From NCBI RefSeq assembly GCF_003704095.1, contig NW_020843739.1:124001-188000 (forward strand): DNA of 64,000 nucleotides, read 5' to 3'. This document shows positions 62,173-64,000 of the stretch, in pieces. Below the pieces are notes generated by a model. It worked only from the letters and a program-made list of their open reading frames with translations, was not told where the DNA came from and searched no databases. Each line of letters opens with the position of its first letter. Position 1 is the first letter of the stretch. This DNA is from Pocillopora damicornis (Eukaryota). Both the position numbers and the translations under genes were made by a program.

Positions 62173-63039
62173 ATGATTCCTAGGTGGAAACATTGTTTAC
62201 AACCATATTTATTCTAATTATTTCTACATGGATAACTTCGATCGGAGATGGGGAGAAAGTGACCTGTCGTGATCTTATTATGGGCAGTATCCTATTCAAA
62301 TGTAAAGTAAGAGTAAGCCTATTTACTACGTAGTTTTGAATAATACTGAAAAGCTTATTTCGGCTGGTATGTAGGTAAAATTGTAGGGAAGTCTGTTCGC
62401 TGTTTATTCCTTGACGCTCTTAGATATTTTTGTCCAGAGCTTATAATCGATTCTTTGACGCAGGCGGCTGTTAGCTGCACGAAGAATCACACGGTCGAAG
62501 GTAAGAATTAACTAGCTCTAAATACACAAAGTTCTTACTGTCTTTTAAACTTGCACACAATCCTATTCATTTCCTTCCACCATAGTGAAATGCAGGACTT
62601 TGCCTGTCGAAAAAGATGGTCGAAATATCACTGAATGCATTCAAAACGTATCATGCCGTTATACGTAAGTCTTCCACGAGTGGATCTTATTTTTACAATA
62701 ATACTATGCTTTAAAACAAAATTATTTATTGAAAAATCTTGCTGTTTCACTTTCAGCAATGACCACTCGTACGAAACCGTTCTTTTGTTATCAGTCTTCC
62801 TTGGTATGTGTGGAATTGACAGATTTTATCTTGGATATCCTGCGATAGGTTAACTTTAATTGTAGTTGAGTGAAAGTCAGCCTTTAAAATGTATTTCTTA
62901 ATATAGACAAGGGCACATTGGTGTAATTTTAGTTGATGACAATATTATTTTTTAAAATCTTTCAGGACTGTTAAAGTTTTGCACACTTGGTTTCTTCTTT
63001 GTATTTCATCTTGTAGATGTTATTTTGATTGCAACACAG
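62173..63039 (+). CDS. TM2D1: TM2 domain-containing protein 1 (beta-amyloid-binding protein-like); partial, last exon(s) not found in window, exon 1 frame-disrupted as assembled
   Basis: Exons ~62173-62286, 62424-62500, 62586-62664, 62757-62848, 62966-63039 encode ...KVTCRDLIMG(Q)YFCPELIIDSLTQAAVSCT...VSCRYTNDHSYETVLLLSVFLGMCGIDRFYLGYPAIGLLKFCTLG...DVILIATQ, matching the TM2D1 DRFYLGYPALGLLKFCT motif. Start codon uncertain. Confidence 0.88.
62287..62423 (+). other. U12-type (minor spliceosome) GT-AG intron
   Basis: Donor GTATCCTATT; branch point TTCCTTGAC at 62407-62415, ending 8 nt before the intron end; no long polypyrimidine tract. Confidence 0.85.
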
Positions 63040-63209
63040 GTAAATAATACAAGTGGCAGTTGATGTTAATAACCAATGGTAAACAATACAATGCAACTCA
63101 CTTCTGTGAATAATAACATTGCCTCTTCCCCACCCTCTCCCCCACATCCACTTTCTCCCAGGAGTGTAGATAGGTATTAGTGAACAGTCATAAAAACCTG
63201 GAACTGTTA

Positions 63210-63636
63210 GAGGTTGATTCGGTTTTTCTTTTTAAATAAATGATTATTTTTGGCTGAATAACTTCCAATTATGCTAAGAAATGGTGGGCGAGTATGACAA
63301 GAAGCAAACTTGATAAAGGTCCTAAAACCGATGAAGGGACTACAGTACCTCTTCAAAGTGAGGGGTATACAAGAAACAGAAAAACCATGAAACCTCAACA
63401 GCCTCAGTGAGAGTAATAAAGGGTCATAAAGATCTATTCTAAATTGAACCACAAAGTAAAATAATTTTATACTACAGAAAATGAAGGTTACTTTGCAACA
63501 AATGCTGATACAAAGATTGGAGAACAACAAAAGACAAACATCACTAAGAAACCAAAGAGGATATTGAAAGATATTAAAACAAAGAAAGGGTAACTAAGCA
63601 AACAAACAGAACTATTCTGTGATTATTGTTTATTGA
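63210..63636. repeat. ~430-bp dispersed repeat, copy B
   Basis: Aligns directly with 54795-55238. Confidence 0.9.
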
Positions 63637-64000
63637 AGTACAGGCGGCCCAAGCTCCAGCTGTGAGATGATCATCTTGTGCAATAACAGTCATGGTGGAA
63701 TTATAAGAGTTTGTATGGGAATATTTACGACCACTCTAAGGAATAAAAAAATACGTCAAATTCTCAAAAAAATACCTCACCTTACTTCCACAGCGTATTT
63801 CTTGTTATCTGACTGCTTACTTTGATGAAAAGAACGCATTTTAGCGAGTTGTCTCAGTTAAGAGGTTTCTAACAGCCCGTGTCCATATCAACCTTGACAC
63901 ACGACCGTTGAAAACTAGCCAGGTAACCTGGCCTCCTTTTAAAACTGAGCCTCGCCGGGGATCCCACTGTAACTAGGCACCCGTAGTGCTAAGACAATTT

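Overview
AT-rich eukaryotic genomic DNA. The GPCR repertoire and repeat content suggest an anthozoan, probably a stony coral (inference). Exon models were built by hand from splice sites and phase matching, without transcript support. From left to right: (1) two exons of an unidentified minus-strand gene running off the left edge; (2) a minus-strand gene for a ~600-aa very acidic protein ending in three V-x-x-[LY]-x-x-x-F-[DE] motifs; (3) a 30-exon, ~1467-aa adhesion GPCR (LamG, 3xFN3, EGF, HormR, GAIN/GPS, 7TM) whose last intron has a probable GC donor and a degenerate hammerhead ribozyme; (4) three paralogous rhodopsin-class peptide-receptor-like GPCRs with intronless CDS; (5) a 17-exon FANCC orthologue (~612 aa) hosting two same-strand intronless genes in its introns, namely the third GPCR and a bacterial-looking LicD-family transferase; (6) head-to-head with FANCC, TM2D1, which has a U12-type first intron and apparent frameshifts in exon 1. 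Interspersed are piggyBac-like MITEs (one with a nested palindromic element), hammerhead-bearing repeats, tRNA-derived repeats and microsatellites. No prokaryotic-type system, CRISPR array, rRNA or intact tRNA was found.
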